From Nemertoderma westbladi (lineage: Eukaryota; Animalia; Xenacoelomorpha), in assembly GCA_032718475.1 (NCBI GenBank), contig JAUCBJ010005383.1, positions 16,300-80,299 on the forward strand: a stretch of 64,000 nt of DNA, read 5' to 3'. Made by a program: the position numbers and the translations under genes. Positions 42,301 to 64,000 of the stretch are shown piece after piece. Below the pieces are notes generated by a model that was given only the letters and a program-made list of their open reading frames with translations, was not told the DNA's origin and did not search any database. The first letter of the stretch is position 1. The number at the start of each line of letters is the position of its first letter.

Positions 42301-43938
42301 TGGATCTGACCTGACCAAGTTGGTGAACTACTGACGATCTGAAGTGGGCAGATCTGGGCGGGTGTGGGCCACTCGGAATTCGACGAGGCGGTGCACAAAT
42401 TGACATATGTACATTTCTTACAGTAGGGGTTTGGGTAAGGGGTGAGTTCCTACAGATAGTTTTATTAAAAAATTATGTTTATTTTTTAATGTTTTCGAGG
42501 CAACAAACACGACCGCATATCAATAGCAAGTTTCAGATTTAGTTTCAATTTAAAATTATTCAGCTAGCTAGAGTTCCAAAATCCACATGACACTCGTATT
42601 GAGACCAAGGCGTACTATACAAGGCCATGCCATCGAGTTTACTGGGGGCACGATTTTTTTTACAACAATTTGATATTTTGATATGGGGAGAGTTCTATAA
42701 ATTTTCATTTGCTGCAATTTGGTCAATGGACGTAATTGAAGCCTCCTCGTTAAGAAGATAAAAATTTTTATGGTAGCTAGTGTTTTAGGTAGGTTTAGCT
42801 AGTAATTTCGACACTGGTTCCGACATCCTAGAACATTCTAGAACAAACATTTTTTAGAAAAAAATCTGGATTCTATTTAAAACGCATGGAATCGTTCTAA
42901 AACATGTTGAAAATCAATAAAAAAATTTCACAATTAAAAAAAAAACTATATTTTTTTCACAATTTTTTTTATTGATTTTAAACACGTTTTAGAACGATTC
43001 CATGCGTTTTAAATATAATCCAGATTTTTTTCTAAAAAATGTTCTAGAACAAAAAATATTTGTTCTAGAACATAATTTTTTTTAAAAATGAATAGCTAAC
43101 ATGTTCTGGAACATTTTCTATACAAATAGTAAAAAGAACTAGAGCTACTACAAAATATTTATAGAGGGGAGTAGGATATCGGAACCAGTGTTGAAAGTAC
43201 TAGCTAAACCTATCTAAAACACTAGCTACCATAAATTTGTTTATCTTGCTTAACGAGGAGGCTTCAATTACGTCCGTTGACCAAATTGCAGCAAATGAAA
43301 ATTTATAGAACTCTCCCCATATCAAAATATCAAATTGTTGTAAAAAAAAATCGTGCCCCCAGTCACCGCCCCCAGTTAACTCGATGGCATGGCCTTGTAT
43401 ATAGTACGCCTTGATCGAGACACAGTTATAATTTGCAATGTTGCAATTAGTGATGTTTTGATGGAGTCTGTAATGTTGTATGCCTAATAACTAAAACTGA
43501 CAAGGCTTTGGAAATGTACCATAGTTTATAAAAATTACCCTGTTCTACAGTCGTCAATGTCGTGGTTAGTGCCAAATAAAATTAACGAGTGATTCGAGGC
43601 GATTTTGAATTTATTCGAAGTTTTTTACAATATAAAAAAAAAAAAAAACTGAGTGGTTAAGAATATCAGTATGTTCCCAAACCGTAAAATTCAATTCAAA
43701 TTCAATAAATGTTTCATTTAGATTCTTACCTGTAAGCAAATTGTTGAACTTTGAGTTTTATTTCTTGTATCAAAGAGGAAATATCGAAATTATTAGTCGC
43801 ATGTTGCTTTACCAGAGGTCCAATCATATTATACTTAATGGCCTTGAGGGCGTTAGAGGCCAATCGTTCTCCAGTCCATTCAACTGTTCTCTTAAACGAC
43901 GGTGGATGGCATAAGAACAAACTTTGCTCCAACCTCAG
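18376..43938 (-). CDS. CDAN1: Codanin-1, C-terminal part (upstream exons not identified in this window)
   Basis: Exon 43938-43730 (LRLEQSLFLCHPPSFKRTVEWTGERLASNALKAIK; compare codanin [33 protein letters not shown]) splices in phase 2 (AG|GTAAG ... CTAG|G) to exon 20616-20403 (FCDERAATVLHNMLPQDTSQRVIAAATNVS; compare [30 protein letters not shown]). A possible exon lies at 19244-19171. An open frame at ~19030-18376 contains PSKILHRVKDL..CRE (compare PSHLISEIKDV..CRQ). The last junctions are uncertain. Confidence 0.82.
19484..19753 (+). mobile_element. Full-length tRNA-derived SINE with conserved central domain and L2-like 3' tail
   Basis: A box TGTCCGAGTGG and B box GGTTCGAATCC. The central TTGTGTCCCTAGGCAAGACACTT is CORE/Nin-like, followed by ACCCAACGGTATAATGGGAACC. 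The tail GAGCGCTTTGAG..AAAAGCGCTATAT forms a stem and ends in (ATT)n. Confidence 0.8.
20824..40356 (+). CDS. CFAP97D2: CFAP97D1/CFAP97D2-like (KIAA1430/Hemingway domain) ciliary/sperm protein, 5 exons, nested in a codanin-1 intron
   Basis: Exons 20824-20937, 27892-28013, 33968-34114, 38725-38946 (alternative end 38932) and 39462-40356 are all GT-AG and phase-compatible; total 1500 nt = 499 aa. The spliced product ..KMLHNAAPRIDSRLSP..KRIEKHNLEMYENL..IDHRNDY..TEKENRALLRRLINATP..KDWARNE..RFPCNW fits the CFAP97D pattern (KP.ID..P, IER.N..L, IDN.N, EN..IL.RL...P, DW..N, RFP..W). Exon 1 and exon 5 are less certain. Confidence 0.75.
20997..24035. repeat. 33-bp minisatellite, ~92 copies
   Basis: Unit TAACTGGTGT(G/T)(A/T)AT(A/C)TATTACAGTAGTATGGAA. 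It starts ~60 nt after the CFAP97D-like exon-1 donor. Confidence 0.98.
24128..25349 (-). mobile_element. 5'-truncated RTE-type non-LTR retrotransposon with an uninterrupted RT reading frame
   Basis: ORF 25396-24167 contains FVDFFKAFDSV, GVLQGDTLAPFLF, DFADD and FCYLGS. A (TAG)n tail lies at ~24128-24136. A 22-bp TSD AGCTGTAAGTCT(T/A)ATAATCGGA occurs at 24106-24127 and 25350-25371. Confidence 0.95.
25579..27854. repeat. 35-bp minisatellite, ~65 copies
   Basis: Unit TTTACAATCTCC(A/C)GCGTAGTAGGCTTTATCGTAGG. It ends ~37 nt before the acceptor at 27891. Confidence 0.98.
28027..31842. repeat. 64-bp minisatellite, ~57 copies, with five recurrent ~30-bp interruptions
   Basis: Unit TAATGTAAATGTAACAATTAGTCTGTCATTGAGACCACACAACGTGTCATTGTTCCACATAAAC. 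It starts ~13 nt after the donor at 28014. Confidence 0.98.
32306..32597. mobile_element. Small MITE-like element
   Basis: Imperfect inverted ends GGTTTACACGTGGCAACTTTT / AAAAGTTGCCACGACCGTGTAAACC, with internal GCAACT repeats. Confidence 0.55.
32830..33705. mobile_element. Two RTE LINE 3' fragments in opposite orientation (- at ~32830-33082, + at ~33105-33705)
   Basis: Both are homologous to the 24128-25349 element (RIWKS..K..LF.A.VVPVLLYGS.CWALT; LRRILKDTGL). Each ends in the TGCAGCTGCA..GCATGCCGA 3' UTR and a TAG-rich tail. Confidence 0.85.
34089..35554. repeat. 45-bp minisatellite built from the exon-3 end plus its 5' splice site, ~32.5 copies
   Basis: Unit AAAGAAAACCGGGCACTGTTGAGAAG|GTAAGTGGTACAATGGGAC. 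The first copy overlaps the coding exon. Confidence 0.98.
35581..38716. repeat. 41-bp minisatellite with 29-bp deletion variants, ~78 copies, abutting the acceptor at 38724
   Basis: Unit GACGAACAACTCGTCGAACTGTAATGTACACTGGTTGTTAT with an internal GACGA/TCGTC hairpin. The last copy runs into TGTTACAG|exon. Confidence 0.98.
39057..39290. mobile_element. Dispersed MITE-like repeat (related copies at ~25385-25500 and ~54575-54835)
   Basis: Inverted ends GGGGGGAACTGGA / TCCAGTTTCCCCCC. The core AGCAGGTTACAGTG..AACCAAA..AATAAA is shared with the other two loci. Confidence 0.55.
40796..42291. repeat. 36-bp GC-rich minisatellite, ~41 copies
   Basis: Unit GCGCCACTTGGTGGTCTCCAC(A/G)GTACTTCATATAGC. Confidence 0.98.
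42606..43413. mobile_element. Foldback MITE with ~230-bp TIRs (P-element- or hAT-like)
   Basis: Termini CAAGGCGTACTATACAAGGCCATGCCATCGAG.. / ..CTCGATGGCATGGCCTTGTATATAGTACGCCTTG. An 8-bp TSD with one mismatch (ATTGAGAC 42598-42605, ATCGAGAC 43414-43421) and CANRG termini are present. A second palindrome lies inside at ~42836-43050. Confidence 0.85.
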
Positions 43939-45340
43939 CTGCAATAAACATATAAAAAACTATTTAAGAAAATAAATGGTGTTCATATATGCTGCCATGG
44001 TAAACATACTAAAGTTATACTTAGAGGATGCACTACTGTCACTCATCCCCACCCCTCAGGATGCCAGCTAACCCCACATGATTATTTGGAGTTGCTATTG
44101 TATTGTAGTAGTATACTTTATTTGTTGGGCCCATGTGAAGAATACAGACTTTCAGACTGGTTAGAAAAGCCTGCCTATGTAACCTGCTCCTTTCCCTAAA
44201 AAAAATGGTGAAATTAATTTGCATGATTTGTATTGTTTAATACTCGTACCGGTATTTCTATTATTATACTCAGATTATGCTGTTATGTATAATAAAAGTA
44301 TTGATTGAGAAAACCATGTTTATCTAAAATCTTTACAATTTTTGGGGAAATTTTTCCCGTCTTTTTTCCCGCTATTTCCCCGAGGAGACCGGGGAATTTG
44401 TGAAAAATATCAGAGTTTTTTCATACATAGAGGTACGATGCAGTACGCCAACGGGGTAATGAATATTCGAAAAAATTTTTTGAATAGGCTAAAGATTGTG
44501 AAAAAAATTTCCCGTATTTTTTCCCGGTTTTCTTCCCGATATTGTATTATTCCGTGTTTTCCCACCAGACAAGTGTTTTAGGCACATGTGTTTTTTAGCG
44601 TTTCAGTGCCCCCCAAACCGGAAATTCCCGTATCTATAGCTATTATTATTGTTATAATAGCTATAGGTAATATTACTACAGTATGTGTTACAGTAGCTAA
44701 TGGTTTTTATATCGCAAATAATAATGCTGTGCTAATGGTTTATTTAATAAGGGAAGTAGTGGTAGTATTTTTGAAAAATTTAATTTTAAAACAAGAGTTC
44801 AGTAATAAATAAATAAATAAAAATACTGTTTAAGTATTATTACACCATAACATCTCCCTTATTACAACAATCTCATATACAGTAGCTCAATATGGGTTTT
44901 CTTAGTATCGAACTAGCTCAAGTTCGTGTGCTGCGCGACGCCCCACTAACGTGTACTGTAAAGAAAGGCATTATAATTGTTTAAAAGGGTCGATTTGAAC
45001 GTGAAAAATCTCTACATTGTGTTAATAAATTCTGCGAGCTACCCTCACATTTTTAGGTCCGCATAGCGAGATCACTAGTATTCACTCAGTTGTTGGTATT
45101 ATTGTTAATCTCCAGTTGGGTCAATCGCCGATATTGAATAGTATTGTGATGCTCGGTGGAGCCCTCTAGTAGTGCCTGTAGATTTCTATTTACCTCCAAC
45201 ACCAGGTGGGAATCCGCCTGAACACCTCGCTGCTAACCTCTCGTGTGTGGCAGACACTGGGGAACAGGTGACTCCGGTTACTACCGCCATGGGACTTTCC
45301 CCCAGGGTCTGCATTCCGCGACCCAGAATACCCCCTAACT

Positions 45341-45637
45341 GGCCCATGTGAAGAATACCAGACTTTCTGCCGTTATATTTCACTTTGCATAGTTACCCCC
45401 ATGTGAAAAATACAAGGTTTTCACCAAAAACACAGGTTACAGAAGGGCTAAATCTAACCAAAACAATAAACGAATTAGTATATGTACAGGTTATAAGACA
45501 GAATAAGCGCTATAAAACACTTAATAAAAATAAATTAAAAAAAAATCTTCATAATAATATAAAATTCCAATAGAAAGTCGAACGAAAAGTGAAATCCTGG
45601 TATTCTTCACATGGGGTAAACTGCAAAGTGAAATATA
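45341..45637. mobile_element. MITE family with GGGCCCATGTGAAGAATACCAG termini (PIF/Harbinger-like); further copies at ~57936-58193 and ~58324-58550, and an end at ~44127
   Basis: Near-identical internal sequence in three places. CATGTGAAGAATACCAG is inverted to CTGGTATTCTTCACATGGG. Confidence 0.7.
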
Positions 45638-45642
45638 CTAAT

Positions 45643-47517
45643 ATACAGCAGAACGTCTGGCTGTATACATCACATTGGCCGTGTTATACAGCATAACGTC
45701 TGGCTGTATACATCACATTGGCCGTGTTATACAGCATAACGTCTGGCTGTATACATCACATTGGCCGTGTTATACAGCATAACGTCTGGCTGTATACATC
45801 ACATTGGCCGTGTTATACAGCATAACGTCTGGCTGTATACATCACATTGGCCGTGTTACACAGCAGAACGTCGGCTGTATACATCACATTGATCGTGTTA
45901 TACAGCATAACGTCTGGCTGTATACATCACATTGATCGTGTTATACAGCATAACGTCTGTCTGTATACATCACATTGATCGTGTTATACAGCAGAACGTC
46001 GGCTGTATACATCACATTGGCCGTGTTATACAGCAGAACGTCTGGCTGTATACATCACATTGATCGTGTTATACAGCATAACGTCTGGCTGTATACATCA
46101 CATTGATCGTGTTATACAGCATAACGTCTGTCTGTATACATCACATTGATCGTGTTATACAGCAGAACGTCGGCTGTATACATCACATTGGCCGTGTTAT
46201 ACAGCAGAACGTCGGCTGTATACATCACATTGGCCGTGTTATACAGCATAACGTCTGGCTGTATACATCACATTGGCCGTGTTATACAGCAGAACGTCGG
46301 CTGTATACATCACATTGGCCGTGTTATACAGCAGAATGTCGGCTGTATACATCACATTGGTCGTATTATACAGCATAACGTCTGGCTGTATACATCACAT
46401 TGGCCGTGTTATACAGCATAACGTCTGGCTGTATACATCACATTGGCCCTGTTATACAGCATAACGTCTGGCTGTATACATCACATTGGCCGTGTTATAC
46501 AGCAGAACGTCGGCTGTATACATCACATTGGCCGTGTTATACAGCATAACGTCTGGCTGTATACATCACATTGGCCGTGTTATACAGCATAACGTCTGGC
46601 TGTATACATCACATTGGCCGTGTTATACAGCAGAACGTCGGCTGTATACATCACATTGGCCGTGTTATACAGCATAACGTCTGGCTGTATACATCACATT
46701 GGCCGTGTTATACAGCATAACGTCTGGCTGTATACATCACATTGGCCGTGTTATACAGCATAACGTCGGCTGTATATATCACATTGGCCGTGTTATACAG
46801 CATAACGTCTGGCTGTATACATCACATTGGCCGTGTTATACAGCAGAACGTCGGCTGTATACATCACATTGGCCGTGTTATACAGCATAACGTCTGGCTG
46901 TATACATCACATTGGCCGTGTTATACAGCATAACGTCTGGCTGTATACATCACATTGGCCGTGTTATACAGCATAACGTCGGCTGTATACATCACATTGG
47001 CCGTGTTATACAGCAGAACGTCGGCTGTATAAATCACATTGGCCGTGTTATACAGCATAACGTCTGGCTGTATACATCACATTGGCCGTGTTATACAGCA
47101 TAACGTCTGGCTGTATACATCACATTGGCCGTGTTATACAGCATAACGTCTGGCTGCATACATCACATTGGCCGTGTTAAACAGCAGAACGTCGGCTGTA
47201 TACATCACATTGGCCGTGTTATACAGCATAACGTCTGGCTGTATACATCACATTGGCCGTGTTATACAGCAGAACGTCGGCTGTATACATCACATTGGCC
47301 GTGTTATACAGCATAACGTCTGGCTGTATACATCACATTGGCCGTGTTATACAGCAGAACGTCGGCTGTATACATCACATTGGCCGTGTTATACAGCAGA
47401 ACGTCGGCTGTATACATCACATTGGCCGTGTTATACAGCAGAACGTCTGGCTGTATACATCACATTGGCCGTGTTATACAGCATAACGTCTGGCTGTATA
47501 CATCACATTGGCCGTGT
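45643..47517. repeat. 43/42-bp minisatellite, ~44 copies
   Basis: Unit TATACAGCATAACGTCTGGCTGTATACATCACATTGGCCGTGT with an internal TATACAGC/GCTGTATA hairpin. It starts directly after the MITE. Confidence 0.98.
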
Positions 47518-48540
47518 GGTGAGCAAGGCCATTGTGTGAGCATCAGTATTGTAATAGATTGTAATAAGCTGCAAAGTTTACTTATATAATTATACTATAC
47601 TAAACATCCAAAAGTCTGGGTGTGTTTCAGTCAGTCTGTGTGTCGGAAGCCAATTAATAAAACCATCATTAGAAAATGAAAATTGTTTGCTGAGCCTGAG
47701 AACAGTCGAAGGAGTTTACAGTACAGTCGAAGGCCCCACGTGTACACTATAATATCAATACGGCAAGCCAATTCCGCTAAACTATGTAATTGGTACCTTC
47801 CCCTGGTCCTGGAGAAGGAACACAGAAAATAAATGCATTGTGATGAAGGTAAACCTTGATAAACCGATGACGCCACATGTTGTCACATGACAGCTTGGCT
47901 TGCATAATCGCAGAGCGGCAGAGGTTATTGTGGGATGTACATTGTAATGGTAATATTATTGTTAAGTTGTGATAAACAGGAGGTGATACTGATACATTCA
48001 GTATACATAAAATTGTACCCTTATCATTACTATGGCTTTACAAAACAACACCCACTAATACATGGAAATCATAATAAAGGCTTGGGAATGTAAGCATTCC
48101 ATTGGATGTTAATCAATGTTTGCTAAAGGTAAACAGCCAATGGAAAGCCTGTTTCCAGCATGTAGTAGGAAGGCTCCCTTGCCACTTGACAATAAAGAAT
48201 AAAGTAGGCGTGCTGGGTAGCGTACGTCATAACCTAATTTTGTAGTACTGCAGTAGTGCCATGGGCTGCGGCGCTGTAGGTAAAGCATACATATAGCGTA
48301 AGCGGCTTTCCATTTCTTATACTGTCAGTTTTATTTATTGTGTGTTAGCCTGATTGGTAATTTCAAGGAAAAAGCCAATCCATGCCAGTTCAAATGTGAT
48401 TTATTTTATTAACCATGAGCGAGCATTGAGCATTCTCATTCCTACTTGATTTAGAGTTACCCGCGGTACTTGGGCCTGGCCGGCCTGCCTACATACTGTA
48501 ATTAGGTGTAGGACTGAGTATGGTAATCCCTACTGCCCTA

Positions 48541-49014
48541 CACTTTTTTTGTTTTATAAGAACACAGTTGCAGTTTATAAGAACACGGGGCTCAAATTCT
48601 GGGAAAGATTAGGAACAATCAACCGGTAGACTAGGCCTACTGCCAACTGCATGCAGGCATGTAGTAGGCCTATTGTTTAATATCTAAGATAAGTCAGTAA
48701 GTAGTCCTACCCACGCATCACGCGTACCGGTACGGTAAATATAGTACTAATGAAAATACAATTATTATAAATATAATTAGAATTAAGACTTTATCATTAA
48801 AATTCAAAACCAAAAACCTACAGACCTAGTCTCCCATGAAGCTATGATGTCATTTTATGTGCTATTTTAATTTTAGAACAATTAAAGAGCATTTCACAGT
48901 TTTAAGCCTGAAGCAGTGAAGTGAATATTTTCAAATATTTTATGTATTACAGTATTATATTTTACATGACGCTTGGCTCGGCAAAACTGTGTGGTTCTTA
49001 TAAACAAAAGTGTG
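48541..49014. mobile_element. TA-flanked MITE (Tc1/mariner-like)
   Basis: TA|CACTTTTTTTGTTTTATAAGAAC ... GTTCTTATAAACAAAAGTGTG|TA form imperfect inverted ends. Confidence 0.55.
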
Positions 49015-49699
49015 TAGTAGTACTGTACCTGTACAATTTAAAATACCCGGTGCAAGCAGAGAATTTCCACCCCCTAAAAATTCACCCCCCGGTTAAAATT
49101 TCCTAGTGTATTTTCACCCCATACAGCCATATATTTATTTCATAAACTTATTCGCTCTCCTTCCCTTGGTAGTTTGTAAAAACATTGGATTTGTGGGTGT
49201 CCGCGTGCATGTCTGTCCGTTTTTACTTTTGAAATAAACATATAAACATATTTATAATAAACGTATAAACATTTTCCAGTTCCGATTATTCGGTGGTGGG
49301 TAACATGCAAACACCTACGTACGTCGTACCGTACTGCCGTACGTACAATGTACACACCTCAGTTTATACGATATTCTAGTGTTTAGTGGGTCCCGGGTAG
49401 GCCTAACAAACTGGTATTTCAAATGTTTAGGCCTAATCTCGTCATGCAGTAGGCTAGGCATAAGTTGTATATAATGGATTAATAAAAATATCTCAATGTG
49501 ATGATTATATGGAATTGTTCTTCGTAGTGATTAAAGTGTTAACTTGATAGTAAAGCACAGGCTTGCTTGTGTTCTGTGGGTGCACTGTGCAGGTTGCATC
49601 CTCTTTATTCAGTTATTCGTATCAACTCGGGTTGTCAATTGAATGAAATATGATAAGAGTACGGTGTACTAAGTATTGAAGTAATCGATAAAACCAACT

Positions 49700-60007
<10,308 letters not shown>

Positions 60008-60360
60008 CGGCGATGGACGCTCCGATGTATATAAACCAAATCATTCATGAAATATTATTTATAGACGTTAGATATTTATTTGTAACCTAATATTTATAAA
60101 CGTTATAGATTTATTTGTAACCTATATAGTATATATTCAACCCTTTATATATATTAACGAACCAGTTTCTGTAGAGAGACGGTTGGCGTAGTAACTGTTG
60201 ACTTATTTGTGTGACATTTATTAGTAACTGTTGGCTTACTGTTTGTGTGACATTTATTAGTAACTGTTGGCTTACTGTTTGTGTGACATTTATTAGTAAC
60301 TGTTGACAGTAACTGTTTGTGCTTGTGGGAAATTATTAGTAATGTGACATTATTAGAAAC

Positions 60361-61087
60361 CTCTGTCAAACTGTTCGTGTGACATTCTCTGTCAAACTGT
60401 TCGTGTGACATTCTCTGTCAAACTGTTCGAGTGACATTCTCTGTCAAACTGTTCGTGTGAAATTCTCTGTCAAATTGTTCGTGTGACATTCTCTGTCAAA
60501 CTGTTCGTGTGACATTCTCTGTCAAATTGTTCGTGTGACATTCTCTGTCAAATTGTTCGTGTGACATTCTCTGTCAAACTGTTCGTGTGACATTCTCTGT
60601 CAAACTGTTCGTGTGAAATTCTCTGTCAAATTGTTCGTGTGACATTCTCTGTCAAACTGTTCGTGTGAAATTCTCTGTCAAATTGTTCGTGTGACATTCT
60701 CTGTCAAATTGTTCGTGTGACATTCTCTGTCAAACTGTTCGTGTGACATTCTCTGTCAAACTGTTCGTGTGACATTCTCTGTCAAACTGTTCGTGTGAAA
60801 TTCTCTGTCAAATTGTTCGTGTGACATTCTCTGTCAAACTGTTCGTGTGACATTCTCTGTCAAATTGTTCGTGTGACATTCTCTGTCAAACTGTTCGTGT
60901 GACATTCTCTGTCAAACTGTTCGTGTGACATTCTCTGTCAAATTGTTCGTGTGACATTCTCTGTCAAACTGTTCGTGTGACATTCTCTGTCAAACTGTTC
61001 GTGTGACATTCTCTGTCAAACTAGTGTTACATTCTCTGTCAAACTAGTGTTACATTCTCTGTCAAACTAGTGTTACATTCTCTGTTA
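60361..61087. repeat. 26-bp minisatellite, ~28 copies, preceded by ~3 copies of a related 39-bp unit at ~60190-60310
   Basis: Unit CTCTGTCAAACTGTTCGTGTGACATT; both units share GTGTGACATT. Confidence 0.97.
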
Positions 61088-61355
61088 AACATAATTATTT
61101 TTCAGTAAATTTCCAGTTATCTATTTGTAATATTTCGACTCGTTGGTTGTTTCCAATCTTTGTGTTTAACGACCCACGTCACTCGCTCACTTATAGAATT
61201 ACTTCTTCTGTCTGGCGGATATAATTTTATGCAATTTGCTTAATTCTATGTTTTGATTTTTAGAGATACAATATGAAGACTTTGTGCCATGAGACCTGAG
61301 TTCAGTTGTTATGATATAACGTGTTTACATTTAGTTTATTATTTTTATTTTCACC

Positions 61356-62307
61356 CAGTGCACTTTCCAGCACACACAATGGTAGCTATAGACGACAGTG
61401 CACTGTGTAGCACACACAATGGTAGCTATAGACGACAGTGCACTTTCCAGCGCACACAATGGTAGCTATAGACGACAGTGCACTGTGCAGCACACACAAT
61501 GGTAGCTATAGACGACAGTGCACTGTGCAGCACACACAATGGTAGCTATAGACAACAGTGCACTGTGCAGCACACACAATGGTAGCTATAGACGACAGTG
61601 CACTGTGCAGCACACACAATGGTAGCTATAGACGACAGTGCACTTTCCAGCACACACAATGGTAGCTATAGACGACAGTGCACTTTCCAGCACACACAAT
61701 GGTAGCTATAGACGACAGTGCAGTGTGCAGCACACACAATGGTAGCTATAGACGACAGTGCACTGTGCAGCACACACAATGGTAGCTATAGACGACAGTG
61801 CACTTTCCAGCACACACAATGGTAGCTATAGACGACAGTGCACTGTGCAGCACACACAATGGTAGCTATAGACGACAATGCACTTTCCAGCACACACAAT
61901 GGTAGCTATAGACGACAGTGCACTTTCCAGCACACACAATGGTAGCTATAGACGACAGTGCACTGTGCAGCACACACAATGGTAGCTATAGACGACAGTG
62001 CACTTTCTCAGCACACAATGGTAGCTATAGACGACAGTGCACTGTGCAGCACACACAATGGTAGCTATAGACGACAGTGCAGTGTGCAGCACACACAATG
62101 GTAGCTATAGACGACAGTGCACTGTGCAGCACACACAATGGTAGCTATAGACGACAGTGCACTGTGTAGCACACACAATGGTAGCTATAGACGACAGTGC
62201 ACTGTGCAGCACACACAATGGTAGCTATAGACGACAGTGCACTGTGCAGCACACACAATGGTAGCTATAGACGACAGTGCACTGTGTAGCACACACAATG
62301 GTAGCTA
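61356..62307. repeat. 40-bp minisatellite, ~24 copies
   Basis: Unit CAGTGCACT(GTG/TTC)CAGCACACACAATGGTAGCTATAGACGA. Confidence 0.97.
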
Positions 62308-62471
62308 GAAACACAGCTAGGCAGGCGTCTTTGAGAATTAATTGTGGGATTTAACTTAACTGGACTCCTTTAAAAGTTCTATAACACATGGAATACCCCT
62401 AAACTCCATTGGTAGATATTGTGAACATCGTTTACTTCCCATCTGAGTAGTTCATTTTGAATCCCAATTAA

Positions 62472-63431
62472 CCCTTTCGGTACCATGGCACATACGTCTG
62501 TTCCATGGGTATTGCGCCATGACACACACGTCTGTTCCATAACATTTATTTGATTTCTAAGAAGGGAAAATGTTGCTGGACTATTAAGTACATGCTTCTA
62601 TATGTTTAGCGAAGCATTTCAGCTTGTATCTACTGTAATTTAACTACCGGTAGGCCTACTGCAGACCTGCTTACAGACTGCCAGACTTTAGCAATATCAG
62701 AATAAGGCAGTACTGCGGTAAGGTAGGCCTAAACTGACTAAACAGCCTAAACAAAAAAGCCTAAACAGACTGACCTCCAGACAGTCTGGATAGGGTCAAA
62801 AGTGAAAACTGACAGCGGAAATTAAATCCTTGACCAGGAAAACCCCCAAAGAGCGAATTTTAATTAGCTAATGTGATTCCTTATATTTTTGACGGACAGA
62901 AAGACCGACAGACAGACCGACAGACAGTCTGGATAGGGTCAAAAGTGAAAACTGACAGCGGAAATGAAATCCTTCACCAGGAAAACCGCCATAGAGAGAA
63001 TTTTAATTAGCTAATGTGATTCCTTATATTTTCTACGGACAGACTGACAGACAGACAGACAGACCAACAGACCGACAGTCAGTCTGCAGGGTCAAAAGTG
63101 AAAACTGACATCGGAAATGAAATCCTTGACCAGGAAAACCCCCATAGCGAGAATTTTAATTAGCTAATGTGTTTCCTTATACTTTTGACGGACAGACTGA
63201 CAGACAGACCGACAGACAGACAGACAGTCTGGATAGGCTCAAAAGTGAAAACTGACAGCGGAAATGAAATCCTTGTCAAGGAAAACCCCCATAGCGAGAA
63301 TGTTAGTAGATTTTATTCTTTCTAAAGTCTTGACAGACAAACTGACAGAAATACTGACAGACTTCAGAAATTCATGAATTATAGTTGGGCACTTGGGGGT
63401 TTGAATAATTTCCAGTTAGGTACCGAAAGGG
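62472..63431. mobile_element. Non-autonomous piggyBac-type element with internal ~150-bp tandem repeats
   Basis: TTAA|CCCTTTCGGTACC ... GGTACCGAAAGGG|TTAA gives a perfect 13-bp TIR and TTAA TSD. Four copies of GGTCAAAAGTGAAAACTGACAGCGGAAATGAAATCC.. plus (GACA)n lie at ~62778-63300. Confidence 0.88.
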
Positions 63432-64000
63432 TTAAGGTCTTTTGACAAAATATAATTTTGTTTTCCACGTAAAATAATTTGAGATCGTAAGTAAGTTTTT
63501 AATGTCAGTAATGGAACGCCTTATTACATTACATTCCCTTCACTTAAATATAAACTTATATGAATGTTGTTTTTTACTTTCACTGACAATGAATAATTTA
63601 TAACTATATTTGATACAATTTTGTTAGAGTTTGTAGTTTATAATAAAATATATGTTGGTTGGTTTGGTGTCCAATGACCAGTTTCTATACTCGTTAGAGG
63701 ACAACAAATTAAAGTAACAGAAATCTGACATTTTACTAATTAATCGCAGTTGTCTTCCAATTTAGAACAGTAACAATTAATGTAGGTAGTTAAAAGGTAC
63801 CGGTATGTATCTGACACTTTTATTCCCCGCAGTGAAGCTGAATAACTTTATTTGGTTTATTTTATTATTCCAGTTGATGTTTCCTCTATTTAGATAGTAC
63901 AAAGTTGGTAGATATTATTCTATAACTTTTATGTTAATAATATTGTATATTGATATTTAATATAATATTTGTGAACTTAATATTGATAATGTTAAATATT

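Noticed and set aside
40648-42398. Four overlapping >500-aa ORFs
   Set aside because: Artefact of the 36-bp satellite.
45030-45383. GC-richer stretch with short ORFs as a possible codanin exon
   Set aside because: No recognisable codanin similarity and no phase-compatible splice pair.

Overview
AT-rich eukaryotic (invertebrate animal-like) genomic DNA with GT-AG introns; roughly half of the window is made of about a dozen unrelated minisatellite arrays (15-64 bp units), so most long ORFs in the track are repeat artefacts. Splicing by hand gives four genes. (1) A DRAM/Frag1/Sfk1-family membrane protein (+, 2 exons). (2) The 3' part of codanin-1 (-). (3) A 5-exon CFAP97D-like ciliary/sperm gene (+) nested antisense inside a ~23 kb codanin-1 intron. 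(4) A 6-exon, ~992 aa putatively mitochondrial fusion of a HAD phosphatase and choline dehydrogenase (+). There are also several RTE-type LINE copies with TSDs, SINEs, and MULE-, P-, piggyBac- and Harbinger-like MITEs. The main observations are the HAD-CHDH fusion with an internal presequence-like linker, and minisatellites that sit at splice junctions, two of which amplify the 5' splice site itself 17 and 32 times. Family assignments come from recalled motifs, not database searches.
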